A DNA stretch of 63,984 bases, the filler included, from Chiloscyllium plagiosum (taxonomy: Eukaryota), in NCBI RefSeq assembly GCF_004010195.1. It is 5 parts of one record of this genome, joined end to end, with 100 filler letters (N's around TTAATTAATTAA, not from the genome) between each part and the next. Parts side by side here need not be neighbours in the genome. Positions count along the whole stretch, not along the records: positions 26,135 to 51,123 come from NC_057717.1; 4 more parts are not named here. One strand, written 5' to 3'. Numbering within the stretch: the first letter of the stretch is position 1; the number at the start of each line of letters is the position of its first letter. Shown in pieces: positions 38,200-50,900 of the stretch. The position numbers and the translations under genes were made by a program. The notes under the pieces are model-generated. The model saw only the letters and a list, made by a program, of their open reading frames with translations, was not told the DNA's origin and made no database searches.

Positions 38200-40490
38200 A
38201 CCGTGAAGGAGTCTGTGTGAAGGGGCCAGTGTGACGGTGATGGAGTGAGTCTGAGGGGGTCAGGTTCACATTGTCAGAGTGAGTGTGAGGGGGTCAGGGT
38301 GATGATGACACAGTGAGTGTGGGGGTGGGACGGTCAGGGTAACAGTGCCAGAATGAATGTCAGGGCTTCACAGTTGCAGTGACAGGGTGAGGGCAATGGA
38401 ATCATGGTAAGGGTGATGGCGTAAGAGTGATGGTGTCAGGGTAGCAGAGATGGCGTGAGAGTGAGAGGTCAGGGTACCAAGCGAGTGTGAGGTTTTCAAG
38501 ATTATCGTGACTGACTGAGTGTGATGGGTTATAGCGACAGAGTGAGGATGAGGGTGTCAGGATGATGGCATGTGTGTGACTGAGTCAGCTGTGACGGTGG
38601 TGGAGTGAATGTGAGGGAGTCAGCGTGGCTGTGATGGTCTGTGTGTGAGTGGGTCAAGATGACAGTTACAGACTGAATATGAGGGGTTCAGGGTGACGGT
38701 GACGAGTGAGTATCAGGGTTTCAACGTGACAGTGATGGAGTGAGTATGAGGGAGCCAGGGTGAGAGTTACAGAGTGAGTGTGTGGGTGTCAGGGTGATGT
38801 TGACAGAACGAGTCACAGGCTGTCAGGGTGAAGGTGACAGAATAATTTTGAATGGGGCAGCCTGACAGTGATGGAGTGAGTGCTGGGGGTCAAGCTTGAC
38901 AGTGACGGAGTGAATGTGCGGAGGTCAGAATGATGATGACGGAGTGAGTGTGAGGGGGTCGGTATGACAATCATAGAGTGAATGTAGGGTGTCAGGCGTG
39001 ACCGTGACATTGTATGGACCAGCGTGATTATCGCGGAGTGAGTGTGATGTGGTCAGGTTGACAGTGAGGGAGTCAGTGTGAGGGAGTCAGGGTGACAGAG
39101 GGCCAGGGTAATGATGGTGCGAGAGATAATGCAAGTGGGTCAGGGTGTCGTGATGTATTGAGTGTGAGGTGGTCACGTTGACAGTGAGAGGGACTGTAAG
39201 GGGGTGAGGGTGTCAGTGACAGACTAATTGTGAAGAGGTCAGGCGCACAATGACGGGGTGAGTCTGAGGGGATCAGTGTCATGGTGATTAAGTGAATAAA
39301 CGTGGTTCAGTGTGACACTTATGTAGTGTGTATGCGGGCGTCAGGGTGAGAGTGACGATCTGAACGCCAGGGGCTCAGTTAACGGTGACAGAGTCAGAGT
39401 GAAGGTTCAGTGTAACGTTGATGGAATAATTGTGCAGGGATCCGGGCGAGTGTGACGGAGTGAGTTCCATAGTGTTATTGTGACAATCACAGTGTGAGCG
39501 TGAGGGGTCAGTGTGAAGTCACAGAGACGGGGTGAGGTGTTCAGGGTGATAGGGTGAGTGAGAGAGAGTCAGGATGACAGTGATGGAGTAAGTGTGGAGT
39601 GTCAGGATGATGATGATGAAGGAATTAGTGCCAGGGGTTCGGCGTGGCAGCCACAGACTAAGTGTAGGACGCCAGGTGTGATAGTGGCGGTGTGAACGTG
39701 AGAGTGTCAGGGTGACAGTGATGGTGTCAAGTTGACAGTGACAGAGTAAGTATGAGGGAGTCAGGTTGATGATGACACAGTGAGAGTGAGGGGCTAGGGT
39801 TATGGTGAAAGAGTGAGTGTGAGGGGGTCAGGATGACAGTGATGTAGTGGGTGTGAGGTGGTCAGGGTGACAGTGAAAGTAATATAAGGACTTCATTGTG
39901 ACAGTGACGGAGCGTGAGTGTGTGATTTATAGTAACGGTGACAGAGTGTGTGTGAGCTGATCAGCGTGACCGTGGCAGACTGAGTGTGAGGAGGACAAGC
40001 ATGATGGTAGCAGTGTGATTGCGAGAGGGTCTGTGTAATGGTGATGGAGTGAGAACAAGAGGTTAGTGTGATGGTGACAAGAAGTGTGAGGCGGTCAGTG
40101 TGACTGTTTTGGAGTGAGTGCGAGGTGGTCAGGATCACAATAACGGGGTGGGTCTGAGGGGCTCAGAGTCATGGTGATGGAGGGGATGTAAGTGGGTCAG
40201 GGTAACGGTGATGCAGTGAGTGTGAGGGGATCATGGTGAGGGTGACAGAGTGAGTGTGAAGGGGTCAGGATGACAGTGATGATGTGAGTGTATGGGGTCA
40301 GATGTGACAGTGATCGAGTGTGATGCCGGTCAGGGTGATAGTGAGGGAATGAGTGTGAGGGTGCCAGGGTGAAGGTGACAGAGTGATGTGTGGGTGTCAG
40401 GGTGACAGTAACGCAGCGAGTGCAAGTGGTCAGGCTAATGGTAATAGAATGAATGTGGGGAGGTCGGCATGGCAGTTATACATTGAGTGT
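38200..40490. repeat. Diverged ~34-bp minisatellite array
   Basis: Recurrent unit ~GTGACAGTGATGGAGTGAGTGTGAGGGGGTCAGG, roughly 65 copies by length; strong G/C strand skew; begins at a gap. Confidence 0.9.
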
Positions 40491-40728
40491 AGTGCGTCTG
40501 ACGTGACGTCGATTTTCATGCTCCTCGGATGCTGCCTGACCTGCTATGCTTTTCCAAAACCATTATAATCATGAAGCGAACCCTTGATCTACCTGTACAG
40601 ACAGTCAGTTCCGCATCAGCCTGCTCAATTTCTCTACCAGCATTGTCGCTTGTAGTAAACAGCTTGTCATCTTCACCTATCCCGGCTTCTCTGGTCTCTG
40701 TTCAATTGGGCTCAATTCTCCGAGAATC

Positions 40729-40746
40729 TGGAATAGTCGGCATCTC
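40729..40746 (+). promoter_or_regulatory. Candidate primer-binding site (tRNA-Ser-like)
   Basis: TGGAATAGTCGGCA versus the tRNA-Ser complement TGGCGTAGTCGGCA (12/14); AGTAAA at 40654 upstream and donor-like GGGTAAGC at 40761 downstream. Confidence 0.55.
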
Positions 40747-41449
40747 CTTTTCTTTCAATAGGGTAAGCAAGCGTGCCATTTTAAATTTCTCCCAATTCGG
40801 ACCTGGTGGCTACCTCTGACCCGCGTGAATGACCCTAGAGAAAGGCTGGACGACTGAGGAGGGTTGCCACAATTCGAATCCAAGTACTGTGGCAATGCAG
40901 CATTGAGTAACCACGGACTTGGCCTGATTAGGTAGTCAGGTAAGCTCCTACATTGATCAACTAAATTTGATCTCATTTGAAGCTCCTACATTGATCAACT
41001 AAATTTGATCTCATTTGGTAGACGCCTGATTCAACTTGAGCCACGGATTGTTCTGTAATCCTGATCCAGCCAGGGAAAAGACAGACGGGAAACAGAAGCG
41101 TGGCAAGATAGATAGAGAGGCCGCCGATTAAATTTTCACTTTAATCCTGAGACATGCTCATCTCGAAGGAAATTGACAGGGTCCTCATCCGTTCATTATT
41201 TTCTGTGCTGTGGTTTGAGTACATTTTTGGGTGTGTCTCTTTGTTTTGCGGTAATGAGTGCTAGTCCTGTCGGTTTCAGTGTTTTTCTTCAGTGGCGAAG
41301 TGTTTAGTTACATTTTGGTGTTGATTACACACTCAATTCACCTTTATTGCTTGACCTGGCAATCCCTTTCTGCTTGTAGGTTTCCGTGAGTCCTTCTTCT
41401 GTTTTCTTTTCTCGAAAGCCGAAGTGCAGCACTGAGCACTCAATCCAGC

Positions 41450-42990
41450 ATGTCCACCATCTGCCGGAAAGTGCCAGTTGTAGGAGCTGGGTAACCCGAA
41501 CCACTAGGTGTGAATGGTCCAGTGCCAATGATGAACAAGGTGACGTTGAAGACACATGGCAATTACGTTAACTTCAAAACACAAGTCGGAGACGTTCTTT
41601 TTACACCTGGTTCACTGGCAGACTCCATGCTAAAAGAGACAGGAACAGCCGTTAAGTTATCCCCTTTTCTGGAGACGTTTACTCCTGGTCCCAAGGAAAT
41701 TGGTAATATGAGGGATCCTTTAAATTGGATACGATTGATTACAGGGCCACAGCCATTACAGAAGGGCACGGGGACACCTCCTGGGACATTGTTTATCGGC
41801 TGCATTTTCTTGCAAAATTTCGGCGCCCTAAGGTGAAAGACCACTGGAATAATAAAAGATGGCGGAGACCCCAATAACCCCAGACACGGCACCGACGGTC
41901 TACTCTAGACAGTACTCGAAACTTCCCGTACAGACTCCTGAGCCGGACCCGCTGCTGAATGATTTGGCTGCCTTCATTACTGAGCAGTCCACAGGGAGTC
42001 CATGGATGGATACAACAGCCACCGGGCAGTCTGATTCACCACTGCAGCCGAACACAAATGATAGCTCCACATACACACACACACGTAGCGCGACTGCTGT
42101 CCTAAAAAAGGGCACCGACTGTCAGTTTCTCTGCATCATGATTGGTTCTACTCCCCTTGATAGGCAGTTGAGCCTCGCAGAGGTATCGACCATGCCACAA
42201 GATGCCCCACATTGGTTGAAGCATCCTCTCACATTCTACAACTGACTACTCCAAATTTCCACCATCTACAAAGGTCTGCCGAAGATGTGCAGACCCGATT
42301 GCAGCTGTCTTGTGGGACCCGTTGGGTGACAATTCTCCTTGTTATTGACTTTCCCAATCAACTCTGGGATGCTACTTCTGACTGGGAAAAATGACTAGAC
42401 AGCACAGTGAAAGATACCATAAAGGCCAGTGCAAGACAGCACACTCACTCGCGCGCTGTTACCCTGTATCTGCAGAGAACAGACGAGCCCTTGCCGATTT
42501 TATTCCCCGCTTTAGGGATTTCTGGGACTTCTCGGTGTGTATTCCATTCGCAGAGAATGAAAAGCTGGCCAGGCAGACCCGAATGAACTTATTGCTCCCT
42601 ACATTCTGCTCACCTTTACAGTTTGCACAATCTCCCTTGGTAAATGTCGAGCTGGGTGACAGTTTAACCATACTTAGGAACTTGAATAGGAACGGGCTGT
42701 TCATCAAGCCAAAACAGCCGGGGTATTTCACCGGATTGCGCTTTGATGACACCGCCAGGCCAGTACAGCGAACAGAGGGGTTTCAGAAAGGGCAGTGTTG
42801 GAACTGTAGGAAATCGGGACACATTGGATAGACATTGCTGGTCAGCGTCAAGACAAGGTCGCCCAGGCACCTCCACCCTCCCTTATTCCCCACAGGCACG
42901 CCAGAGCCCAACACACCAAAGTGGCAGACTTGACAGATTACCTACTCTGGGACTGATCGTATCCGCATCCCCCAGAAACTAATTGGGGCT
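41450..42990 (+). pseudogene. gag: ERV gag remnant
   Basis: Fragmented ORFs with a Pro-rich spacer, a CA-like segment and a single CWNCRKSGH..C knuckle (frameshifted). Confidence 0.75.
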
Positions 42991-43062
42991 GACACGAGAG
43001 GACGCTTTCACAGGTAGTCTCATTATGCTTCTGCAAATTTCCGTCTGAAAATCTGATGATTA

Positions 43063-43383
43063 ATGTCGGAGGGGGGGGGGGGGCGGTGGCCCATTACTTT
43101 TCTCGTGGATTCTGGGGCAAGCCAGTCGTCCGCAACTCCCTCCGTGGAACTTTCCAGGAGTTCCAAAACCATCCGTGCCATCGTGCGTTTGGGTGGTCCC
43201 ATGACAGAGCCACTCTCCCAAACAATTAACTTCAGCATTGGACCTGCTGCTGTCTCTGATGTTGCCATTATATCCGTCTCTTGGCCTGTCGCCCTCCTGG
43301 TCCGGCAGAACTTGTTTAAATTAAATACGAGCATTCACTGTTCGCCTGAGGGTCTCACACTGGAGATCATGGACGTCCAGTAA
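43063..43383 (+). pseudogene. pro: ERV aspartic protease remnant
   Basis: ITFLVDSGASQS active-site motif; PVALLVRQNLFKL (degenerate NLLGRD). Confidence 0.85.
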
Positions 43384-43899
43384 TCCATGCTGTGGACAGC
43401 GATTTCCTGCAGCCCTGAACCCTCCGACCAGGCAAGCTCCTGCTGTGCCTGGTCCTACTCCAATAGACCAACCCGCGCTCTTCACGACCCCACCCTTTCC
43501 CTGTTACCAACGCATACTTCACTCCCCACTTTGTCTTTCCTCCGGTGAAACTGACAGGGTCCATTGTCAGTCACTTTCACTGCACAGCTTCTGGCCACTA
43601 TAAACTGCACATTCAGACCCTCATCTCGCCCTCATCTCCCCGCAAGCAATTACTTTATGGAACCACAGGGAGTGGCAGCAGAAGTGCAACTCAGCAAGGA
43701 ACAGGCTGCACATAATATCCACACATTCCTTTCATCGTCAATAGTTCGTGGCTCCCCAAGGATTTCGGCCTCATGATGCTGCGGTTACGACTGCAAATGT
43801 TCCACTTTGCAGCCCTCAGTTCGGCTCCCGTCCCCCTTGTAGACGTTGTCCAACTTGGGCAGGGTGAGTTTTGTTTGCATTGCGCTCCTGCAACATTCC

Positions 43900-46800
43900 A
43901 GGCCACTTTTACCACGCAAACCACAGGCATTGATTCCTCCTAAGAAAACCCATATTGCTAGCGGATCTTTAAGCATCACTGCTGCACGGCACCCCAACCA
44001 TGCAGGCCAAGTGATGTCCACCCCACCACACGCTGTTACACTCAAACAGGGAACCATCCCGCTGTCTTTCCGGCAATACCCAGTATCATGAGCAGCAGTG
44101 GAAGAGATCAAGCCGGTTATTGACTCCGTCCGACAAGAGGATGCCTTAGTTCCTCCGACCAGCCTACGTAATACACCCACCCTAAACATCCAAAGACCGG
44201 GAGACCAACAAACCTGCATTTTGTCCAGGATCTGAGGGCTGTCAATGCAATTGTGATTCCCTGTTCCCCAGCAGTCCCGGACACTAACTCCATACTCACC
44301 AGCATCCTCACTTCTTTTTCTGTGATCGAACTCTGCTCAGGTTTTTTCTCTATTAAATTGTCCCCTGAGAGCCAATCCCTTTTTGTAACTATGTACAGCA
44401 GCTGCCAGTACACATGGACGATGCTTCCCAAGGATTACATGGAGAGCCCCACACTCGATACTGCTGCAGTACACAGCACCCTCTCCACCCAACACCTGCC
44501 TTGCTACAGCACATTCCTCCAGTACGTGGACGATTTGTTACTGGCCCCCACCTCCGCTAAATCATGCATTCAGGACACTGTAGTATTGCGCTGCTGTTTA
44601 GCAGAAGGTGGACATAGGGTTTCAATGGAGAAAATGCAACTCTGCCAATACAAAGCGCAGTACTTGGAATATGATCATCAGGGCGCTGTCAAAATATCGA
44701 ATAGCAGCCATTACTCAGCTTCGCCCGCCTGCCAAAGAACCCAGCTACAAGGTTTTCTGGAAATGGTAAATTGGCAGGCACTGTTTCCCAGACGACTGAA
44801 AAATTGACGAGCCCCAAGGAGACGCATCTTCACCAAAGCAGGCAGCGAAAGTGCACTCGATGCAAAAGATAGAACACTCATTCACCAGGCGTAAAACAGC
44901 GACGAGACATTGCTCCTGCCATGGGGGTCCCAGACTACGCTCAGCACTCTTCCATCTATGTCAATGAATCCGAAGGGTTTGCATCCAGAATTTTAATGCA
45001 GCTCCATGCGGACACTAACTCCATACTCACCCTGTTGCTTCTTATTCTTTACATTTACTGCCTATTGTAAGGGGAATGCTGGCATGTTTAAGAGCTGTGG
45101 CAGCAGCCCCGGTAACAGGAGAAATGGCCACCCCATCGTATTGCACTGTTTGCACTGTTTTCGTTCACCATTCGGTCTGCCTTCTGTTAAATTCAGCAGC
45201 AAACCGACATTTCATTGCCACCCGGAGAACTGGCTATGAGGTCGCTTTACTGTCCAAAGCTAACCTGTCCCTAAAGCGTGCCCCGGCCTTGAAACCCGCC
45301 ACCCTTCTCCTACTCACTCAGAACGCCTTGGTGGACGACAATGACTGTTGACAACTCGTTCAACATGTCATTACCTCGCGCCCTGAACTCTCTGAAACAC
45401 CTTGACAAAACCCTAACCTCATACTCTTTCCGGATGTGTCGTTCTTCAGGCGCTTGGACCATTGCACACTGGCAGGGTATGCCGTGTACACCCGTTTCAC
45501 AATCCAGGAATCAAACGCGCTACCAGATGGCACACCTGTACAGGCTGTGGAGTTGTTCGCACTCACTAGAGCCTGCATCACTGCAACGGGTCACACAGCC
45601 AACATTCACACTGACTCCAGGTATGTCTTCGAGGTCGTCCACGATTTTGGCACACTCAGGAAACAGAGAGGGTTCATCACTCCAACAGTTGAGGCCATTG
45701 CAACACGCTGTGCTATTCAGCAACCTCCTGGAATCAGTTCTACTACCCGTTTCCCGAGCGATTATAAGAAGCGCTGCCCATTCCTTTGCCACTGACCCTG
45801 TCAGCCCCTGGAATGCTTCAGCTGTCACAGCAGTCTGGGAAGCCGCACTGCACCCCACCATTCACGTCCTAAAAGCCCGCCAGAATAGCGACTGCCCAGA
45901 ATTCTCTGACCCCATGGATGCAGTGCTATCTGCCCAACATGCTGCTCCACTGCAAGAAAAGGACATTTGAACCCGCACTGGGGCTACGCAGTCACCTTCC
46001 CTACAGCTGTTTGTACACCCCGATGGTCACATCATTTACCCAAGAACCAACCTACACACACCGGGCTTAAAAGCCCACAGTGCTTGCCACATGTGCAAAA
46101 GGGGCATGATACAGGCTGTTACGCAATCCTGGTAATCACTGGGATTTGTTGCTCCTGCTCAAGCCTCGTTTGCCTGCAAAACAATGTAGGAAAGCCCGTT
46201 GCCAGGTATGACCACTTATCAGTTCCTGGGGGGCCATTCAGCCACTTGGAAATTGCCTTTGCTTACATCCACAAAGAAAAATCTACCAACACGTCCTTGT
46301 CATCATCCATATGTTCTCTAAATGGGTGGAGATATTCCCCATAAAAAAGGATGATGCACAGGCAGCCGGAAAATGTCTCAGACGGAATGACATCCTCAGA
46401 TTCGGGGTCCCCAGTAACCTAGAGATGGACATGTAGACTCACGTCACTGCTTATCTTACGACTGGTATTAGCGAGGCACGAAGGACACCGTGGCGACACC
46501 ACATCTACTACCAACTCCAGTCATCAGGCATGGCAGAACGGATGACTGGCACTCGTAATAAGAAAATGACCAAAATCACGCAAGACACAAGACTGACCTG
46601 GCCAGACGCCTTGCGGCTTGCCCTTTACACTATATGTAGCCAGGCACGGCTGGGTTCACCCCTTTTGAGGTGCGCATAGGGCGACTTATGCCCACCGCCA
46701 CGAATCCCCCAAAGCTCTCCACAGACACAACCCTTCTCCGGATATAAGACGCTCTGCTAAATTACGGAGGAATTATCCCTTAGCAGGAGAATTGAAGTAA

Positions 46801-47030
46801 GCAGTACCAGGTCAGAGTCACGTTGCCAAAACCAGAACCAGTGCCAATTCATCAGTTTAGACCAACGTGACTACGTCAAGAGAAAATCACTGGAAAAAGA
46901 CTCTCCATTCCCTCTCTGGAACGGCCAGTACCTGATCCTGCTTATGACCTGGACAGGTGTAAAAGTGAAAGGATGGCCCAAAAGAATACATGCCACCCGC
47001 TGCAACAGAACACCGCCTCCAATGAACAGG
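43900..47030 (+). pseudogene. pol: ERV RT-RNase H-integrase remnant
   Basis: RQYP, QYTWTMLPKDYMESP, YVDD, QAVELFALTRAC, TDSRY, PFSHLEIAF, plus a GPY/F-like WNGQY at ~46917. Confidence 0.92.
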
Positions 47031-47549
47031 GATCAGGCAGGAGAGGCAATGCTCTGAACACAGAAGATGGATCCAACCACTTTCCACAGCCATCACCATA
47101 AACGCACTCAGACTAACCTGTCCCCCATGTCACTGTGGCTTGCCAGTAAATAGTGACAAGGAGTGAGGCATTTAATAATCGCTGTAACTTGTGGGCCAAC
47201 ACTTTCCTGAGGATGACACATGGGTATACTCAGCGATTTAATCAGACCCACTGCTGACTCTGCATTAGGGTCACTGTCCACTCTCATGGGGACATTCCCT
47301 TAGCTTCTATCTCCTTCAACGTTTCTGACATGTGTCAGTGGTGACTGGAACCAGGCAGTTCCCCTGACGTCACCTCATTCAAAATACCACCAGAAATTCC
47401 CAACTATGGGGACAACAGCCAGCAGAGGCCTACAACCTGGACCAATTTAAAGTGTTGCTTTACCTAGCCTACAATCATTCGCATGAACCGCCAACCCTCG
47501 TGATTGCTGGCACCATTAAACAGGGACCACCAACAGAATCCATCTGTTT

Positions 47550-47937
47550 CAGGGAACAGGAGATTCGACGTTTCGGGCACAGGCCCTTCTTCAGGAATGA
47601 GCAGAGAGTGTTCAGCAGGAGAAGATAAAAGGTAGGGAGGAGGGACTTGGAGGAGGGGCGTTGGAAATGTGATAGGTGGAAAGAGGTCAAGGTGAGGGTG
47701 ATAGGTGGGAGTAGGATGGAGGCGGAGAGGTCAAGAAGAAGACATTTCCAACTCCCCTCCTCCAAGTCCCTCCTCCCTACCTTTTATCTTCTCCTGCTGA
47801 ACACTCTCTGGTCATTCCTGAAGAAGGGCCTGTGCCCGAAACGTCGAATCTCCTGTTCCCTGGATGCTGCCTGACCTGCTGTGCTGTTCCAGCAATAAAG
47901 TTTCAACTTTGATCTCCAGCATCTGCAGACCTCACTT
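47550..47937. mobile_element. Young inverted Penelope pLTR insertion
   Basis: 47550-47670 is the reverse complement of 47742-47862 with about 2 mismatches; each arm carries a hammerhead; ends gatctccagcatctgcagacctcact like other pLTRs in the window. Confidence 0.88.
47814..47849 (+). ncRNA. Intact minimal type I hammerhead ribozyme (mirror copy on the minus strand at ~47563-47598)
   Basis: ATTC-CTGAAGA-A-GGGC-CTGT-GCCC-GAAA-C-GTC-GAAT: stem I ATTC/GAAT, stem II GGGC/GCCC, GUC cleavage triplet. Confidence 0.8.
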
Positions 47938-50900
47938 ACTCTTCCATCTATGTCAATGAATCCGAAGGGTTTGCATCCAGAATTTTAATGCAGCTCCATG
48001 CGGACACTAACTCCATACTCACCCTGTTGCTTCTTCCTCTTTACATTTACTGCCTATTGTAAGGGGAATGCTGGCATGTTTAAGAGCTGTGGCAGCAGCC
48101 CCGGTAACAGGAAAAATGGCCACCCCATCGTATTGGATCACCCTTGCACTGTTTTCGTTCACCATTCGGTCTGCCTTCTGTTAAATTCAGCAGCAAACCG
48201 ACATTTCATTGCCACCCGGAGAACTGGCTATGAGGTTGCTTTAGTGTCCAAAGCTAACCTGTTCCTAAAGCGTGCCCCGGCCTTGAAACCCGCCACCCTT
48301 CTCCTACTCACTCAGAATGCCTTGGTGGACGACAATGACTGTTGACAACTCGTTCAACATGTCATTACCTCGCGCCCTGAACTCTCTGAAACACCTTGAC
48401 AAAACCCTAACCTCATACTCTTTCCGGATGTGTCGTCCTTCAGGCGCTTGGACCATTGCACACTGGCAGGGTATGCCGTGTACACCCGTTTCACAATCCA
48501 GGAATCAAACGCGCTACCAGATGGCACACCTGTACAGGCTGTGGAGTTGTTCGCACTCACTGGAGCCTGCATCACTGCAACGAGTCACACAGCCAACATT
48601 CACACTGACTCCAGGTATGTCTTCGAGGTCGTCCACGATTTTGGCACACTCAGGAAACAGAGAGAGTTCATCACTCCAACAGTTGAGGCCATTGCAACAC
48701 GCTGTGCTATTCAACAACCTCCTGGAATCAGTTCTACTACCCGTTTCCCGAGCGATTATAAGAAGCGCTGCCCATTCCTTTGCCACTGACCCTGTCAGCC
48801 CCTGGAATGCTTCAGCTGTCACAGAAGTCTGGGAAGCCGCACTGCACCCCACCATTCACGTCCGAAAAGCCCGCCAGAATAGCGACTGCCCAGAATTCTC
48901 TGATCCCATGGATGCAGTGCTATCTGCCCAACATGCTGCTCCACTGCAAGAAAAGGACATTTGGACCCGCACTGGGGCCACGCAGTCACCTTCCCTACAG
49001 CTGTTTGTACACCCCGATGGTCACATCATTTACCCAAGAACCAACCTACACACACCGGGCTTAAAAGCCCACAGTGCTTGCCACATGTGCAAAAGGGGCA
49101 TGATACAGGCTGTTACGCAATCCTGGTAATCACTGGGATTTGTTGCTCCTGCTCAAGCCTCGTTTGCCTGCAAAACAATGTAGGAAAGCCCGTTGCCAGG
49201 TATGACCACTTATCAGTTCCTGGGGGGCCATTCAGCCACTTGGAAATTGCCTTTGCTTACATCCACAAAGAAAAATCTACCAACACGTCCTTGTCATCAT
49301 CCATATGTTCTCTAAATGGGTGGAGATATTCCCCATAAAAAAGGATGATGCACAGGCAGCCGGAAAATGTCTCAGACGGAATGACATCCTCAGATTCGGG
49401 GTCCCCAGTAACCTAGAGATGGACATGTAGACTCACGTCACTGCTTATCTTACGACTGGTATTAGCGAGGCACGAAGGACACCGTGGCGACACCACATCT
49501 ACTACCAACTCCAGTCATCAGGCATGGCAGAACGGATGACTGGCACTCGTAATAAGAAAATGACCAAAATCACGCAAGACACAAGACTGACCTGGCCAGA
49601 CGCCTTGCCGCTTGCCCTTTACACTATATGTAGCCAGGCACGGCTGGGTTCACCCCTTTTGAGGTGCTCATAGGGCGACTTATGCCCACCGCCACGAATC
49701 CCCCAAAGCTCTCCACAGACATAACCCTTCTCCGGATATAAGACGCTCTGCTAAATTACGGAGGAATTATCCCTTAGCAGGAGAATTGAAGTAAGCAGTA
49801 CCAGGTCAGAGCCACGTTGCCAAAACGAGAACCAGTGCCAATTCATCAGTTTAGACCAACGTGACTACGTCAAGAGAAAATCACTGGAAAAAGACTCTCC
49901 ATTCCCTCTCTGGAACGGCCAGTACCTGATCCTGCTTATGACCTGGACAGGTGTAAAAGTGAAAGGATGGCCCAAAAGAATACATGCCACCCGCTGCAAC
50001 AGAGCACCGCCTCCAATGAACAGGGATCAGACAGGAGAGGCAATGCTCTGAACACAGAAGATGGATCCAACCACTTTCCACAGCCATCACCATAAACGCA
50101 CTCAGACTAACATGTCCCCCATGTCACTGTGGCTTGCCAGTAAATAGTGACAAGGAGTGAGGCATTTAACAATCGCTGTAACTTGTGGGCCAACACTTTC
50201 CTGAGGATGACACATGGGTATGCTCAGCGATTTAATCAGACCCACTGCTGACTCTGCATTAGAGTCACTGTCCACTCTCATGGGGACATTCCCTTAGCTT
50301 CTATCTCCTTCAACGTTTCTGACATGTGTCAGTGGTGACTGGAACCAGGCAGGTCCCCTGACGTCGCCTCATTCAAAATACCACCAGAAATTCCCAACTA
50401 TGGGGACAACAGCCAGCAGAGGCCTACAACTTGGACTAATTTAAAGTGTTGCTTTACCTAGCCTACAACCTTTCGCATGAACCGCCAACCCTCATGATTG
50501 CTGGCACCATTAAACAGGGACCACCAACAGAATCCATCTGTTTAAAATCCACACAACCTTCTGGAATCTGGAAGGGGTGCTGGCTCGAGCCAGTGTACTG
50601 ACTCGCTGCTCCTAAGTACCGCAGCGCGCCGGTCAACAGGGCAATGCAGCATTGCCGCAATTGTGGCACTTTCCAGGGCCATCCGACTGCGTTGTTAACG
50701 CCTGTGTGACATACTCCTGCCCTCAGTCCCCTTCACCACTCAGCTAGTGCAGGTCCACTGAAGGAACATCCCTATCCCTGAAACAACCTCTGCTGAGTCG
50801 GACTCAGACACCAAAGTCTATCTGTCAGTTGCCGGACGACCCCACACACGAAATTCACCCCGGATCCGATTAAATTGCCATTTCTCATGCCGCCCTTAAA

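Larger units (their letters stand above)
44946..50543 (+). repeat. Tandem direct duplication of ~2.6 kb (44946-47549 and 47938-50543)
   Basis: Near-identical copies offset by 2992-2994 bp, sharing the same stops and frameshifts and separated only by the PLE insert. Confidence 0.95.

Noticed and set aside
38200..40490. CRISPR-like array or repetitive protein gene
   Set aside because: No constant repeat with unique spacers, no cas genes, eukaryotic context, and all frames are frequently interrupted.
41016..41035. Alternative ERV primer-binding site after ctcatt (tggtagacgcc)
   Set aside because: It matches no tRNA 3' end I recognise and sits at the end of a small local duplication; the 40729 candidate fits better.
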